Of a stretch of 64,000 nt of DNA, positions 45,829 to 57,690 are shown piece after piece. The stretch covers positions 5,771 through 69,770 of the forward strand of contig CAYQNR010000005.1 of NCBI GenBank assembly GCA_964418945.1, in the 5' to 3' direction. Positions within the stretch are counted from its first letter, which is position 1. Every line of letters begins with the position of its first letter. The position numbers were made by a program, and so were the translations under genes. The notes beneath the pieces were generated by a model. The model saw nothing but the letters and a program-made list of their open reading frames with translations, searched no databases and was not told the DNA's origin. Source of the stretch: an uncultured Desulfobacteraceae bacterium (GTDB taxonomy: Bacteria; Desulfobacterota; DSM-4660; Desulfatiglandales; HGW-15).

Positions 45829-46245
45829 TCATTGGATATCACCTTGGGATTTTTCTGATGATTCTTTTTTCGGCGACGGGATAGGCTCTCCCTCTCTGAG
45901 CAGTTCAGTTAAATCCTGTTCAGCCAAATTGAAATCCAGTTTTGGAAAAGGTGGGGCCTTCCAGCGAGGCTGTATCTCACTCCTTATCATCTTCTCCGCC
46001 TTCTGTGGCTCCTTAGCGATGGAGACAGGACAAGCCCCTGCTGTAAAACCTATCCTTTCGCCGTTATCGGTAAATAGGATATTGCCTGTAAACCAGCCCA
46101 GATGACGACCGTTTATCCCGTATACGTGCTCATCATCATACAGATAGGCAACAGGGGAGCCGTCCCATAGGTATATGGTGTTATGATAATCGTCGGTAAC
46201 ATAGGCTGCTGCTTCCCCGTTTTTATTATATAGAGTCGTTTGCAT
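45829..46245 (-). CDS. Hypothetical protein with repeated short beta-hairpin motif (possibly '4-fold beta flower' type)
   Basis: The motif x-G-x-aromatic-x4-G recurs (NGEAAAYV, DGSPVAYL, NGRHLGWF, NGERIGFT). The family name is from memory only. Confidence 0.5.
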   Translation of the reverse strand: MQTTLYNKNGEAAAYVTDDYHNTIYLWDGSPVAYLYDDEHVYGINGRHLGWFTGNILFTDNGERIGFTAGACPVSIAKEPQKAEKMIRSEIQPRWKAPPFPKLDFNLAEQDLTELLREGEPIPSPKKESSEKSQGDIQ

Positions 46246-46281
46246 AGAGTTTAGTTCCCCCTTATCAAGGTTGATAAATAC

Positions 46282-46613
46282 GGTTCATCCGGTTAATGAG
46301 TCCGTAAAGAAGTAAAAGATTAAACCTTATTATAAATACCTTAATGGCCCATGGGGTTCTCTTTTAGGCGGCGAAAACATTAACAGCATGCTGATTACGT
46401 AAGGTGCCACCCAGGCGGGCGGAATACTTATGAGGTAATACAAAACTCTCGAGTACAGCCAAGTGTAGAAAAGGCTACCCGCCCGCCTCGTTTGGTTTTT
46501 ATGCGGAGTCATTGCACATAAACGAGTTCGCCTTTTAAAAGAGAACCCCATGGCCCATATAGCGAAAAATAATCAGATATTGTTAACTAGCGTACTCATT
46601 AACCGGATGAACC
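46282..46613. repeat. Composite palindromic repeat bounded by a perfect 20-bp inverted repeat
   Basis: GGTTCATCCGGTTAATGAGT (46282..46301) faces ACTCATTAACCGGATGAACC (46594..46613). Confidence 0.7.
46353..46549. mobile_element. Nested ~197-bp MITE with 14-bp TIRs and a 9-bp target-site duplication
   Basis: The TIRs are GGGGTTCTCTTTTA (46353..46366) and TAAAAGAGAACCCC (46536..46549). They are flanked by the direct repeat ATGGCCCAT (46344..46352 and 46550..46558). An empty-site paralog, CCTTAATGACCCATATAGC, lies at 57693..57711. Confidence 0.6.
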
Positions 46614-46659
46614 ACAAATACTAAGCACAAATTCTTGGCTCTTTTACCTCACCCTACTC

Positions 46660-48222
46660 CTACCTGGCATAATCCACCGCCCTTGTCTCGCGGATTACCG
46701 TTACCTTTATCTGACCGGGATAGGAGAGTTCCTTTTCTATCTTCTTTGTGATGTCCCGGCAAAGGATAACGGATTGATCATCAGAGACATTTTCCCCTTC
46801 AACCATTATTCTGATTTCACGGCCAGCCTGGATTGCGAATGATCTGCTGACTCCCTTGAAGGACATGGCGATTTTTTCAAGATCCTCCAGTCGTTTTATA
46901 TAGGATTCCAGCATTTCTCGTCGAGCTCCCGGTCTCGCACCCGACAAGGTATCTGCAGCCTGGACAAGAATGGCAAGGATGCTCTCCGGGGTTATATCCT
47001 CATGATGGGCGGCCAGGGCGTGGACAACATCGTTTGACTCGCCATATTTCTTGGTCAGATCCGCCCCTATTAAGGCATGGGGACCTTCCACCTCATGATC
47101 CACCGCCTTTCCAATATCATGTAGTAATCCCGCCCTTTTGGCCTTTTTAACATTAACTCCCAGTTCCGATGCCATAACCCCGCAGATAAAACTCACCTCT
47201 TTTGAATGCTGAAGGACATTCTGGCCATAGCTGGAACGGTATTTCAACCTGCCGAGCAGCTTGATAAGATCTGGATCTATACCGTGGACCCCGACATCGA
47301 AGGTCGCTTGTTCTCCCGCCTCCTTGATGTTGGCTTCTATCTCCTTATCCACCTTTTTTACAATTTCCTCTATCCGGGCGGGGTGGATTCTTCCATCTTC
47401 TATCAATCTCTCCAAGGAGACCTTCGCCACTTCCCTGCGCACAGGGTTAAAGCCGGAAAGTATTACTGCCTCAGGGGTGTCATCTATAATAAGGTCAATT
47501 CCCGTAGCCGCTTCAATCGCCCTGATGTTTCTTCCTTCCCTCCCAATGATCCTGCCCTTCATTTCTTCATTAGGCAAGGCAACCACCGACACGGTTTTTT
47601 CGGCCACGTATTCACCAGCATACCTCTTTACCGCCAGAGCAATAATTTCCTGAGCTTTTCGTTTGGCCATCTCTCTGGCATCGTTTTCGATCTTTCGGAT
47701 AGATTTTGCTGAATCATGCTTTGCTTCATTCTCCATTGATTGGATTAGCAACCTTTTAGCATCTTCGCTGGATACCCCGGCTGTCCTTTCCAATTGCTTG
47801 CGTTGCTGAATTATCAGGTCTTCATATTCAGCATGTTTCTTCTTTAGATCATTCTCATTCTGTATGGTGTCTTTTTCACGTTTTAACAGCGAAGCCTCCC
47901 TGCTTTCATACAGATGGATCTTCTTATCTAAACTCTCCTCCTTATTAAACAGCCGCTTCTCCTGTGCCTGTAGCAGGGATTGTTTTTCCTTTGTCTCCTT
48001 TTCAAGGTCAAGTTTTATCTGGTAAATGGTATCCTTGGCATGAAGGATAGCCTCTTTTTTGATTGTTTTGGCCTGTCGGTGGGCGTCGTTAATAATATTC
48101 TTTGAATAGTTATTTAAGGAATCCAATCTTTTTTCCGTTATCCTTTTGTACAGCCAGAAACCCAGAATTATGCCTAAAATGATCCCCGTGGAAGCGGAGA
48201 TAATCATTTGGGTTGTTATCAT
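46660..48222 (-). CDS. rny: Ribonuclease Y
   Basis: An N-terminal TM helix and long coiled coil are followed by a KH domain ([15 protein letters not shown]) and an HD domain (LLHDIGKA). Confidence 0.95.
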   Translation of the reverse strand: MITTQMIISASTGIILGIILGFWLYKRITEKRLDSLNNYSKNIINDAHRQAKTIKKEAILHAKDTIYQIKLDLEKETKEKQSLLQAQEKRLFNKEESLDKKIHLYESREASLLKREKDTIQNENDLKKKHAEYEDLIIQQRKQLERTAGVSSEDAKRLLIQSMENEAKHDSAKSIRKIENDAREMAKRKAQEIIALAVKRYAGEYVAEKTVSVVALPNEEMKGRIIGREGRNIRAIEAATGIDLIIDDTPEAVILSGFNPVRREVAKVSLERLIEDGRIHPARIEEIVKKVDKEIEANIKEAGEQATFDVGVHGIDPDLIKLLGRLKYRSSYGQNVLQHSKEVSFICGVMASELGVNVKKAKRAGLLHDIGKAVDHEVEGPHALIGADLTKKYGESNDVVHALAAHHEDITPESILAILVQAADTLSGARPGARREMLESYIKRLEDLEKIAMSFKGVSRSFAIQAGREIRIMVEGENVSDDQSVILCRDITKKIEKELSYPGQIKVTVIRETRAVDYAR

Positions 48223-48376
48223 AATTAATTATCCTCCTTTGTATCAGACACGCGCAAGTCAATAAGACATATTATTGTCTAAAGGCTTGATGCCTGGTAA
48301 CCAGCGCTCATGTATAGACTAAGTTTTTACGGGTGCGCTGTCAGACTTCGAAAAGTATCTCGGCCATGAACGACTC

Positions 48377-48480
48377 ATGAGTCCTTCGACAATACTCAGG
48401 ACCGTGAGTCCTTCGACTTTGCCTCTCGGCCATGAGCTCGAGGCCGAATGGCTCAGGACCGTGAGCTTGTCGAACGGCTT
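48377..48480. repeat. REP-like tandem unit pair (source of a spurious 74-aa ORF)
   Basis: CGGCCATGA and CTCAGGACCGTGAG each occur twice (48361/48427 and 48395/48452), followed by TCGAC or TCGAA. Confidence 0.5.
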
Positions 48481-48520
48481 GCCGGATGGCTCAATCGAGG
48501 CGCAATCAGCCTTCAGCTAT

Positions 48521-48556
48521 CACAAAAAAAACATAAAGAACAAAGGGCTCTTTGTT
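48521..48556 (-). terminator. Rho-independent-type terminator on the minus strand
   Basis: The minus strand reads AACAAAG-AGCC-CTTTGTT followed by CTTTATGTTTTTTTT. Confidence 0.5.
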
Positions 48557-48877
48557 GATTCAATGAACCAGAGGGATGGCCAAGGAAGTGATAAAAGATA
48601 GTAAAGGATGGACCTGATTGTAAAAAGAAAGGGATATTTAAAGTACCGAATTAATACAGTACATAGCTTAATATCTATTATTATGTTTTAAAATATTTAC
48701 TCATAGTTTAAATATATTTTAAATAATATTTAAGCTATATTAATAGGTCATTCACCCTAGCACTATCAGTAAAACACATTCCTCAAACTCCCCCTCTCGC
48801 TATCACTTTTTCCCCGACATATTACATAAATTTAGCTTATCTATAAAAACATCTTTTTGAGAAAATGAGGGGACTAT

Positions 48878-49168
48878 TCAGCCTATCAGGGAATCAATAT
48901 TATAGATCAATGCCTCTGAACGTTTACGGACAGTGATCAAAAGGTCATCTCGCTCTTTCAAAACCTGGAAATAATCGCCGGCAATATTGAGGGCAGCCAA
49001 AATAACCGTCTTTTTGTCAGAAAGACCCTCACTGCTGTCATCAATCTCTTTGATCTTTTTATTAACATATTCCGCTATCTTATAAACCTTTTCAGGATCC
49101 TTCTCATCACTCCTAATGAGGTATTCATTATCAAGGATCTTTACTTTTACTGGCTTATCCAATGCCAA
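48878..49168 (-). CDS. zapA: Cell division protein ZapA
   Basis: The 96-aa protein reads VKVKILDNEYLIRSDEKDPEKVYKIAEYVNKKIKEI...ILAALNIAGDY. Confidence 0.85.
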   Translation of the reverse strand: MALDKPVKVKILDNEYLIRSDEKDPEKVYKIAEYVNKKIKEIDDSSEGLSDKKTVILAALNIAGDYFQVLKERDDLLITVRKRSEALIYNIDSLIG

Positions 49169-49180
49169 CGCTCCGTATCA

Positions 49181-49417
49181 CTATATGTCCATCTGTTCAA
49201 TCTTCTGCAAGATAGACGCTATCCTTTCCTTTGCCTTATCCCTGGAACCCTTTAATCTTGCCATATCCCCGGAAAGATCCGAGATATTCTTTTCCTGTTG
49301 ACGGATCTTTTCCTTCAATGATTCCCTTTCTCCTCTTAACGATTTTATTTCCGCTATAAGTGCGCCCACTTTTTCTTCCAAGGCCTTGAAATAGTCCATT
49401 TCATTTAGTTCTGCCAT
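49181..49417 (-). CDS. Small coiled-coil protein (ZapB-like) upstream of zapA
   Basis: The 78-aa protein is a heptad-rich coiled coil throughout and is 12 nt from zapA. Confidence 0.6.
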   Translation of the reverse strand: MAELNEMDYFKALEEKVGALIAEIKSLRGERESLKEKIRQQEKNISDLSGDMARLKGSRDKAKERIASILQKIEQMDI

Positions 49418-49595
49418 CCTGCTCCTTCTATTTCCTGAGCCTAATCATGTGTCTTTTCCCGCGAACGGGAAATAACAATGTCATTCCAAAATCAGAAAAA
49501 CTTTTACCTCGCAAAAACTTTGATTTTAACCACATCGTCACGCTTGGAGTTAAACCATTTTATTAATGTTATCTTTTAATAGGTAAAAAAGTCAA

Positions 49596-49622
49596 TAAAA
49601 AAGGCAAGCTAACCGCTTGCCT
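49596..49622 (-). terminator. Rho-independent terminator downstream of atpC
   Basis: The minus strand reads GGCAAGC-GGTTA-GCTTGCC followed by TTTTTT. Confidence 0.65.
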
Positions 49623-49717
49623 CCTTTTTGCTATCATTTCTGAATCATCCGGCAAATAAGTACACCTAATGATAAAATTATAGCAAGATTGGTGATTATT
49701 TATATAAAGTCCTTTCC

Positions 49718-49739
49718 GTACTCATTAACCGGATGAACC
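49718..49739. repeat. Solo 'right-end' unit of the repeat family
   Basis: GTACTCATTAACCGGATGAACC is identical to 46592..46613. Confidence 0.6.
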
Positions 49740-49761
49740 TTATTTTTATAGGACGGGTTAC

Positions 49762-50172
49762 TTATTGTACTTTCTCCGTGACCTCTATTCTGGATATCGC
49801 CCTCTTTAAGGCTGTCTCAGCCCTCTGGAAATCAATAGCCTTAGAACTTCTGTCTTTTTCCAGTCTTTTTTTTGCCCTTTCCATGGCTCGTTGGGCCCGC
49901 TCAATATCAATATCAAAAGCCTTTTCAGCGGAATCTGCAAGGATTGATAATCTACCGCTCGAGACTTCGGCAAAGCCTGAGCTGACTGCCACGTATTCAC
50001 TTTTGCCCCCGTAATCGAAACGGAGTTTTCCCGGGACAATGGCTGAAAGGAAATTTATATGCCCCGGCAGGACCCCAAACTCCCCCTCGGCTCCGGGAGC
50101 AATCACCATATCAACGTTATGGCTCACCAGAACACCTTTTGGTGTTACGACCTCTAGAAGTAGCGTCCCCAT
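49762..50172 (-). CDS. atpC: F1 ATP synthase epsilon subunit
   Basis: LLLEVVTPKGVLVSHNVDMVIAPGAEGEFGVLPGH. It lies downstream of atpD. Confidence 0.9.
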   Translation of the reverse strand: MGTLLLEVVTPKGVLVSHNVDMVIAPGAEGEFGVLPGHINFLSAIVPGKLRFDYGGKSEYVAVSSGFAEVSSGRLSILADSAEKAFDIDIERAQRAMERAKKRLEKDRSSKAIDFQRAETALKRAISRIEVTEKVQ

Positions 50173-50187
50173 ATCCTTACATATCCT

Positions 50188-51606
<1,419 letters not shown>

Positions 51607-51636
51607 TTAAACAAGACCTCCTTCTTATTAAGACAT

Positions 51637-52515
51637 TTAGGCCTTTTTAATAGCCTCGGCACCACCAACGATATCCATAAGCTCAGCCGTGATAGCCGCC
51701 TGTCGTGCCTTATTGTAGATCAATGTAAGATCCCGGACTATTTCTTTGCAGTTCTTGGTAGCATTATCCATTGCTGCCATCCTGGCCGCATACTCGCTGA
51801 CTTCATTTTGCAGAAAGGCGTTTAGTATCTGGACACCAATGTGTTTGGGCAGAATCTGTATAAGGAGATCTTCTGCGCTGGGTTCACAAAGATACTCCGC
51901 TGCCTGCTCTTCGACAGGTTCCTCGCTCTGTAGAGGTTCCACGGGAATCAGCTTGAGGAGGATTGGCTCCTGTTGCATTATATTGATAAAAGTGGTGTAG
52001 ATTATGTAGAGTTCATCCATCTCACCATGCATGAATCTTGTTGTAAAGTCCTTGGTCATATGATTGATAAAGGAGATGTCTACCTTTTCATAGATCTGTA
52101 TATGACTGTTAATTATATTAAAGCCCCTTTTCTTAAAATATTCTTTTCCCTTTTTCCCGATCAGGGTCATACCATATTCTCTACCTTTCTTTTTTTGTTC
52201 ATCGACCCATTTTTTAGCCATAAGAATACTGCTATTATTGAAGCTTCCACAAAGGCCCCTGTCAGCTGTAAAATGAAGTAATTCAACCTTGTGAATGTCA
52301 TCTCTTTTTATCATTAAAGGGTGCGCCTCAGGATCTATGCGACTGGAAAGGTGACCCAGTAATTCATGGAATTTGGCGGCGTAGGGAGCGAAATTTTGCA
52401 TTCTGGTCTGAGTGCTTCTCAACTTCGAAGCTGCCACCATATTCATGGCCCGTGTTATCTGCTGTGTTTTTTTTACGGCGCCTATCTTCCTTAGTATATC
52501 TCTCAGTGTTGCCAT
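51637..52515 (-). CDS. atpG: F1 ATP synthase gamma subunit
   Basis: N-terminus IGAVKKTQQITRAMNMVAASKLR and C-terminus ITAELMDIVGGAEA. Confidence 0.95.
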   Translation of the reverse strand: MATLRDILRKIGAVKKTQQITRAMNMVAASKLRSTQTRMQNFAPYAAKFHELLGHLSSRIDPEAHPLMIKRDDIHKVELLHFTADRGLCGSFNNSSILMAKKWVDEQKKKGREYGMTLIGKKGKEYFKKRGFNIINSHIQIYEKVDISFINHMTKDFTTRFMHGEMDELYIIYTTFINIMQQEPILLKLIPVEPLQSEEPVEEQAAEYLCEPSAEDLLIQILPKHIGVQILNAFLQNEVSEYAARMAAMDNATKNCKEIVRDLTLIYNKARQAAITAELMDIVGGAEAIKKA

Positions 52516-52630
52516 CTATATCTCTGTCCAGGTAAAGCCGGTTTAAGGATTTTAGCAGTTAAGATGTTAAATCATGTAAAGGCATTAATAATCTGATTAT
52601 GAATTAATGTGACTATTTAACAGCACACCG

Positions 52631-54145
52631 TCAACTAGAAGGCTGAAATACTGACTTAAAATCATCTAGGACATTCTTTAATTTCTCTCCCAGATCATCG
52701 CTGATGACACCGGCTTCTTTGATTTCTTTTAAAAGCTCCGGGTGCTTGGCCTCCATATTTTCAAGCATCTGGCTCTCATATTCAGATACCGCGTTTTCAG
52801 GCCACTCATCGAGATACCCGTTGGCTGCTGAAAAGAGAATCATTACCTCCTTCTCAGCGGGCATGGGCTGATATTGGGATTGTTTCAGCACCTCAACCAG
52901 GCGTCGTCCCCTGTTTAGCTGTTGCTGTGTCGCCTTATCCAGATCGCTTCCGAATTGGGCAAAGGCCTCCAATTCCCGGAACTGGGCCATTTCCGTTCGA
53001 AGCGTCCCCGCAACCGTTTTCATTGCTTTTGTCTGGGCGGCGCCTCCCACTCTGGATACGGAGAGTCCGACGTTTATAGCGGGTCGCACCCCGGAAAAGA
53101 AAAGACCAGGTTCAAGGTAGACCTGGCCGTCAGTGATGGATATTACATTTGTGGGGATGTAGGCGGAGACATCACCTGCCTGGGTTTCAATAATGGGGAG
53201 AGCGGTGAGCGAGCCAGCCCCCAGTTCATCATTCAACTTGCAGGCGCGTTCCAGAAGACGGGAATGATTATAAAAGATGTCACCAGGGAATGCCTCTCGG
53301 CCCGGCGGTCTTCTCAGCAGAAGCGAGACCTGGCGGTAGGCTACCGCTTGTTTAGAAAGATCATCATATACGATCAGGGCGTGCTTCCCACTATCTCTAT
53401 AATACTCCGCTATAGAACATCCCGCATAAGGGGCCATGAACTGCTGAGTAGCAGGATCGCTGGCACAGGCTGCTACGATAGTAGTATATTCCATTGCCCC
53501 CTCACGGCGGAGTATATCCACAACCTGGGCTACGGTGGATTTTTTCTGTCCTATGGCCACATAGACACAATATATGTCGCTGTTTTTCTGATTCAGAATA
53601 GCATCGACCGCAATCGCTGTTTTACCGGTCTGCCTGTCGCCTATGATAAGTTCGCGCTGCCCTCTGCCTATGGGGGTCATGGCATCAATGGCCTTGATGC
53701 CCGTGTATATAGGTTCATTAACGGGTTGCCGGGCTATGACTCCTGGCGCAACCATTTCGAGCCTTCTATATTCAGTGGCATTAATAGGTCCCTTGCCGTC
53801 CAAGGGGTTTCCGACGGCATCGATAATCCTCCCCAGAACTGCCTCTCCTATGGGTATTTCAGCTATCCTTCCGGTTCGTTTTACAATGTCCCCTTCTTTT
53901 ATGTGTGTATCATCTCCCATAATAGCAACACCGACATTGTCCTCTTCCAGATTCAGACACAGACCGAATATCCCACCGGGGAATTCGAGCATTTCCATGG
54001 CCATGGCATTCTCTACCCCGTGGACCCGGGCAACGCCATCGCCTACCGATAGAACTATCCCGGTCTCGCTTACCTCTATCTTTTTCTCATAATTCTTGAT
54101 TTGTTCCCTTATTACCTGACTTATCTCTTCGGCTCTTATGTCCAT
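52631..54145 (-). CDS. atpA: F1 ATP synthase alpha subunit
   Basis: Walker A GDRQTGKT, and the protein shows typical alpha-subunit sequence along its full length. Confidence 0.97.
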   Translation of the reverse strand: MDIRAEEISQVIREQIKNYEKKIEVSETGIVLSVGDGVARVHGVENAMAMEMLEFPGGIFGLCLNLEEDNVGVAIMGDDTHIKEGDIVKRTGRIAEIPIGEAVLGRIIDAVGNPLDGKGPINATEYRRLEMVAPGVIARQPVNEPIYTGIKAIDAMTPIGRGQRELIIGDRQTGKTAIAVDAILNQKNSDIYCVYVAIGQKKSTVAQVVDILRREGAMEYTTIVAACASDPATQQFMAPYAGCSIAEYYRDSGKHALIVYDDLSKQAVAYRQVSLLLRRPPGREAFPGDIFYNHSRLLERACKLNDELGAGSLTALPIIETQAGDVSAYIPTNVISITDGQVYLEPGLFFSGVRPAINVGLSVSRVGGAAQTKAMKTVAGTLRTEMAQFRELEAFAQFGSDLDKATQQQLNRGRRLVEVLKQSQYQPMPAEKEVMILFSAANGYLDEWPENAVSEYESQMLENMEAKHPELLKEIKEAGVISDDLGEKLKNVLDDFKSVFQPSS

Positions 54146-54150
54146 CAGTC

Positions 54151-54696
54151 CTATTCACCCCTCTTAAAAGATTCTTTAAGCCCCTCAAGCTGGGCTTTCA
54201 CACTTCCATCCAAAACCAGGTCGCCTATCTTCACGATAATGCCTCCGATAAGGTCCGGGATAATTTTCACATCCGGTATAATTTTTCTGGATGTTAACTC
54301 CTCTAGTGTTTTCAATACCTTTTCCAGCGTTTTCTTTTTAAACGGTCTGGCGGTAATTATCTCCGCATGTGCGATATTTGATACCTCATCGGTTAAACGA
54401 TTATAATAGAGGGATATTTCTTCTATATTTCCCATCCTGTCTTTATCCAAGAGGAGTTTTAAAAAACTTTTTACCACAACGGAGAAGTCACTCCGGTCCA
54501 ACACGAACTGAAGTACTTTTTTTCTATCTTCCACTGCAAAAATGGGATTAGAGACCGCTTGCCGGAATTCGGGGTTTTCCCTGCAGTACCTGGTAAACTC
54601 CTCAAGTTCTGTACCGTACTCCTGTATAGAGTCTTCCTCCTTTCCCAAAGTAAACAGGGCCCTTGCATATCGCTTGGATAGTCTCCAGTTGCTCAA
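54151..54696 (-). CDS. atpH: F1 ATP synthase delta (OSCP) subunit
   Basis: [13 protein letters not shown]... The TTG start overlaps the atpF stop. Confidence 0.85.
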   Translation of the reverse strand: MSNWRLSKRYARALFTLGKEEDSIQEYGTELEEFTRYCRENPEFRQAVSNPIFAVEDRKKVLQFVLDRSDFSVVVKSFLKLLLDKDRMGNIEEISLYYNRLTDEVSNIAHAEIITARPFKKKTLEKVLKTLEELTSRKIIPDVKIIPDLIGGIIVKIGDLVLDGSVKAQLEGLKESFKRGE

Positions 54697-55358
54697 TTTG
54701 CTTTACCCACTTTTTCTATAAATTCATTAACCAAATTGTCCTGATCCTTTTCATCCAGTTCTTTATCGATTATCTTTCCGGCCCTCTGCGCGGCAAGTCC
54801 GGCAACTTCCCGTTTCAATCGATCCCTAGCGGACTGTATCTCCTGCCGTATAGTAAGCTCCGATTGTTCAAGGATCTGTTTTACACTCTCTCTTGCCTGG
54901 GAAATGATCTTATCCTTTTCGGCCAATCCTTCCTTTTTATATTGCTCGAGGATCTCTTTCCTGTCTATCTCGAAGGCCTTGAGTCTTGCTTCTGTCTCAC
55001 GATACCTGTTTTCTGCGTCCTCTTTTTCCCTCTGCAGGTCAGACAATCTCTGTCTTATTTCCTCACCACGCATCGACAACTGGTCTGTTAATTTGGTCTT
55101 TTTTACAACAATAAAGAGGATGACCACCAACAGAGTGAAATTGATGAATCGGTAAAAAAGGTCGGTTAGGTCTCCCCTATTATCCTCATTAGCGCCGGTT
55201 TTATGGGTTCCTTCGTTGTTTTCGGAGTTTTGAACGGTATGGCTGTCGTTTGACTGTTCTGTTCCTTGGGCAATAGCTGGAGTGATTTGGAAAGATGATA
55301 AGGTAATGACCAAGATTACGGAAAAGATCAATCTTTTAAATGCATATGTACCTGACAT
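54693..55358 (-). CDS. atpF: F0 ATP synthase b subunit with a signal-like N-terminal extension
   Basis: The ATG at 55358 shares one base with the upstream TGA. The order of regions is a hydrophobic N-terminus, then a polar low-complexity stretch (QGTEQSNDSHTVQNSENNEGTHKTGANEDNRGD), then a TM helix, then a long coiled coil. Confidence 0.8.
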   Translation of the reverse strand: MSGTYAFKRLIFSVILVITLSSFQITPAIAQGTEQSNDSHTVQNSENNEGTHKTGANEDNRGDLTDLFYRFINFTLLVVILFIVVKKTKLTDQLSMRGEEIRQRLSDLQREKEDAENRYRETEARLKAFEIDRKEILEQYKKEGLAEKDKIISQARESVKQILEQSELTIRQEIQSARDRLKREVAGLAAQRAGKIIDKELDEKDQDNLVNEFIEKVGKAN

Positions 55359-55783
55359 CAAATTCCCCTTCCAAGGATCTTTTCCGCCAGTTCACGGGAA
55401 AAGGTTTCCATCTCTTTCTGGAGGGATTGCCTAACTTGCGCGATTCTTCCCCGCATATCCGACTTGGCTCTTACTATCTCCTCTTCGCCAGACGCATTCG
55501 CCTCCATCAGCATCTGCTTTTTCTTCTCTTTGCCTTGGGACTTGAGATTTCCCTTTTCCATCAAACCCTCATTCCTTGTCTCTGTTAATCTCCCTTCAAA
55601 TTCCATGGAATTCTTATCAGCCTTTTGTCTCCAGTTCCTGGCAAGTTCCTCGGTGGAAGACATCATCTCCTTCCGCTTGTTCAGTATGCCTCGAATAGGA
55701 CGGTATACGACAATATTTAATAATAGAAGAAGGAGAAGGAAATTTGCTATCTGGATGAGTATTGTGTGATCTATGCTTAACAT
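55358..55783 (-). CDS. F0 ATP synthase b' subunit
   Basis: A TM helix (ILIQIANFLLLLLLLNIVVYRPI) is followed by a charged coiled coil. It lies directly upstream of atpF. Confidence 0.8.
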   Translation of the reverse strand: MLSIDHTILIQIANFLLLLLLLNIVVYRPIRGILNKRKEMMSSTEELARNWRQKADKNSMEFEGRLTETRNEGLMEKGNLKSQGKEKKKQMLMEANASGEEEIVRAKSDMRGRIAQVRQSLQKEMETFSRELAEKILGRGI

Positions 55784-55855
55784 AGCAACATACTTTCCTT
55801 TTTCTATTGTTCTTTTTATGCGGTAATGACCGTGGGGGTAAAGAGAATGATCGAG

Positions 55856-56224
55856 TCAGCTGATTACACTTATTTTTTTCTCTTTGTCATTATCCATTTT
55901 TTGCATCCTGCAGTTCCCTTCAAATATAACGCCTTCCTCAATAATCACCACAGGTGCCTGGATATTACCAAAGACCTTTCCCGGCGCATGTATCTCGATT
56001 CTGCTATCAGCAATAATATCACCCCGGATCTCCCCGCTGACAATTAGATGTGAGACGTGGATATTAGACTTTATGATTGCTGACTCGCCGACAATGAGGG
56101 TGCCTTCGGTGAATATCTCACCGCTGAAGACTCCGTCTATGCGTACAGCGCCTTTGAAGGACAATTTGCCCTCAAATTCGGTATTCTTACCCAAGAATGC
56201 GTTGATTTCGTCCCGTTTTTTCAT
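55856..56224 (-). CDS. Bactofilin (polymer-forming cytoskeletal protein)
   Basis: Beta-helical repeats FEGKLSFKGAVRIDGVFSGEI...GTLIVGESAIIKSNI...HLIVSGEIRGDI. Confidence 0.85.
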   Translation of the reverse strand: MKKRDEINAFLGKNTEFEGKLSFKGAVRIDGVFSGEIFTEGTLIVGESAIIKSNIHVSHLIVSGEIRGDIIADSRIEIHAPGKVFGNIQAPVVIIEEGVIFEGNCRMQKMDNDKEKKISVIS

Positions 56225-56392
56225 GTCCTTTACTCTAATAAAGTTATAGGGGAGATATCATATCATATTTTTGTTTGCAAGAAAAATCACCAGTATTATT
56301 CTGTAACAACTTGACTTTATGTAAATAACCAATAGCACGCCAATACTTTCCATGACCGAATTATGGCAGGAAGAGGCGGGGTAAAAGACTAT

Positions 56393-57517
56393 TTATTGAA
56401 ACATAAATCGCCTCATACTTATATTCATTAGCAGACCCATGCATAGCATAGTCGAGATAATAGATGAGCCCCCGGAACTGAATAATACAAGAGGGATGCC
56501 AACAACGGGCAAAAGCCCGATCGTCATGCCCACATTTATGACAACCTGCCAGAAAACAATAGAGGTGATTCCTATAGCCAAAACAGTTCCGAATATGTCT
56601 TTTGAGTTCTTGGCGATATTTGTTCCCCATAATATGAGTAAAAGATACAGTATCAAGAGAAAGGCCGAACCTATAAATCCCCATTCCTCGGCCATAACAG
56701 AAAAAGCAAAGTCGGAATGCTGTTCAGGCAGGAAGTGTAATCTGGTTTGGGTGCCTTTCAAAAAGCCTTTTCCCCATAAGAGGCCTGATCCGACAGCTAT
56801 TTTGGACTGGATAATATGATAACCAGCCCCCAGGGGGTCTGAATCCGGGTCCAGGAAGGTGAGTACCCGTCTCTTTTGATACCCTTCAAGGTTGAACCAT
56901 ATAAAAGGGGCAGATAATAGTGATGCGGTGATAAAAACCAGGAATGATTTCCAATTAACTTTCATAAACAGGATAACGGAAAGGGAGATTATGACCAGAA
57001 TCAAGGCGGTTCCTAGGTCGGGTTCTTTCAGTACTAATAGAAAAGGGACTGCAATGAGTAGAAATGGCTGCCAAAGGTCTCTTAATCTGTAACCTGTAGA
57101 GTTGATATGGTCGGTAAAATATCTGGAGAGCACAATTATTAAAGCTATCTTGGAGAATTCCGAGGGCTGAAAAGACATGCCCCCTAAACTCAGCCATCTC
57201 TGGGAACCGGAGTAAATCTCTCCTTTTAGTAAAACAAGGACAAGCATGGCTACGGATAACAAATATATAGGATAGGCCATTCTTTCCAAGGCATGGTAAT
57301 CAAAAGTGGTCATCATCAGAAATAACACAAAACCTATCAGAAAAAAATAGAGCTGCTTGTTAAAGATATGCGAGCCACCCGCATCCCATATGGAGAAGGA
57401 AGCACTATACATGTTAGCCGTGCTTATTATTCCAATCAGGACTAAAAGGAGAAGCAGGACCCAGTCAAAATTTTGCAGTAATCTTCTATCAAATAACATT
57501 CTTTGCCCGTTTACCAA
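56393..57517 (-). CDS. rodA: Rod shape-determining protein RodA (SEDS family)
   Basis: The protein is about 10 TM helices. Motifs: SEFSKIALII and LPEQHSDFAFSV. It is adjacent to mrdA. Confidence 0.9.
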   Translation of the reverse strand: MVNGQRMLFDRRLLQNFDWVLLLLLVLIGIISTANMYSASFSIWDAGGSHIFNKQLYFFLIGFVLFLMMTTFDYHALERMAYPIYLLSVAMLVLVLLKGEIYSGSQRWLSLGGMSFQPSEFSKIALIIVLSRYFTDHINSTGYRLRDLWQPFLLIAVPFLLVLKEPDLGTALILVIISLSVILFMKVNWKSFLVFITASLLSAPFIWFNLEGYQKRRVLTFLDPDSDPLGAGYHIIQSKIAVGSGLLWGKGFLKGTQTRLHFLPEQHSDFAFSVMAEEWGFIGSAFLLILYLLLILWGTNIAKNSKDIFGTVLAIGITSIVFWQVVINVGMTIGLLPVVGIPLVLFSSGGSSIISTMLCMGLLMNISMRRFMFQ

Positions 57518-57557
57518 TGACCGGCAGGCCTTTACCCCGTAGGAAAGCCCCGTGTGG

Positions 57558-57645
57558 AAGCACGGGGATGATGAATTTGGAATTTTGCCGCTTTTTCGCG
57601 CGGGGTCTAATGCCCCGTGCGAAATTCCAACGGGGTTTACGCTGA
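57558..57645. repeat. GC-rich hairpin (REP-like) repeat cluster
   Basis: Hairpins: CCCCGTG-TGGAAG-CACGGGG (57558..57577) and CGGGG-TCTAATG-CCCCG (57611..57627). The latter is enclosed by TTGGAATTT/AAATTCCAA. Confidence 0.5.
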
Positions 57646-57690
57646 TTTATTATCAAGATATCATCCCTGCTTTACCAGGGACACGCCAAA

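Noticed and set aside
48601-48877. A 6S RNA (ssrS) call immediately downstream of zapA.
   Set aside because: Synteny makes it plausible, but candidate pairing segments (GTGATA/TATCAC and AGAGGG/CCCTCT) occur in the wrong order for one long closed hairpin. I could not see a 6S-like central bubble. It is kept only as a low-interest item to test with a covariance model.
52922-54052. A 376-aa ORF on the plus strand, with many other 60-190-aa ORFs antisense to atpA, atpD, the GRE, polA, rny and the esterases.
   Set aside because: They lie entirely inside, and antisense to, genes with unmistakable conserved products. Their sequences are low-complexity and Arg/Ser/Pro-rich, and they have no RBS. 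They are typical shadow ORFs.
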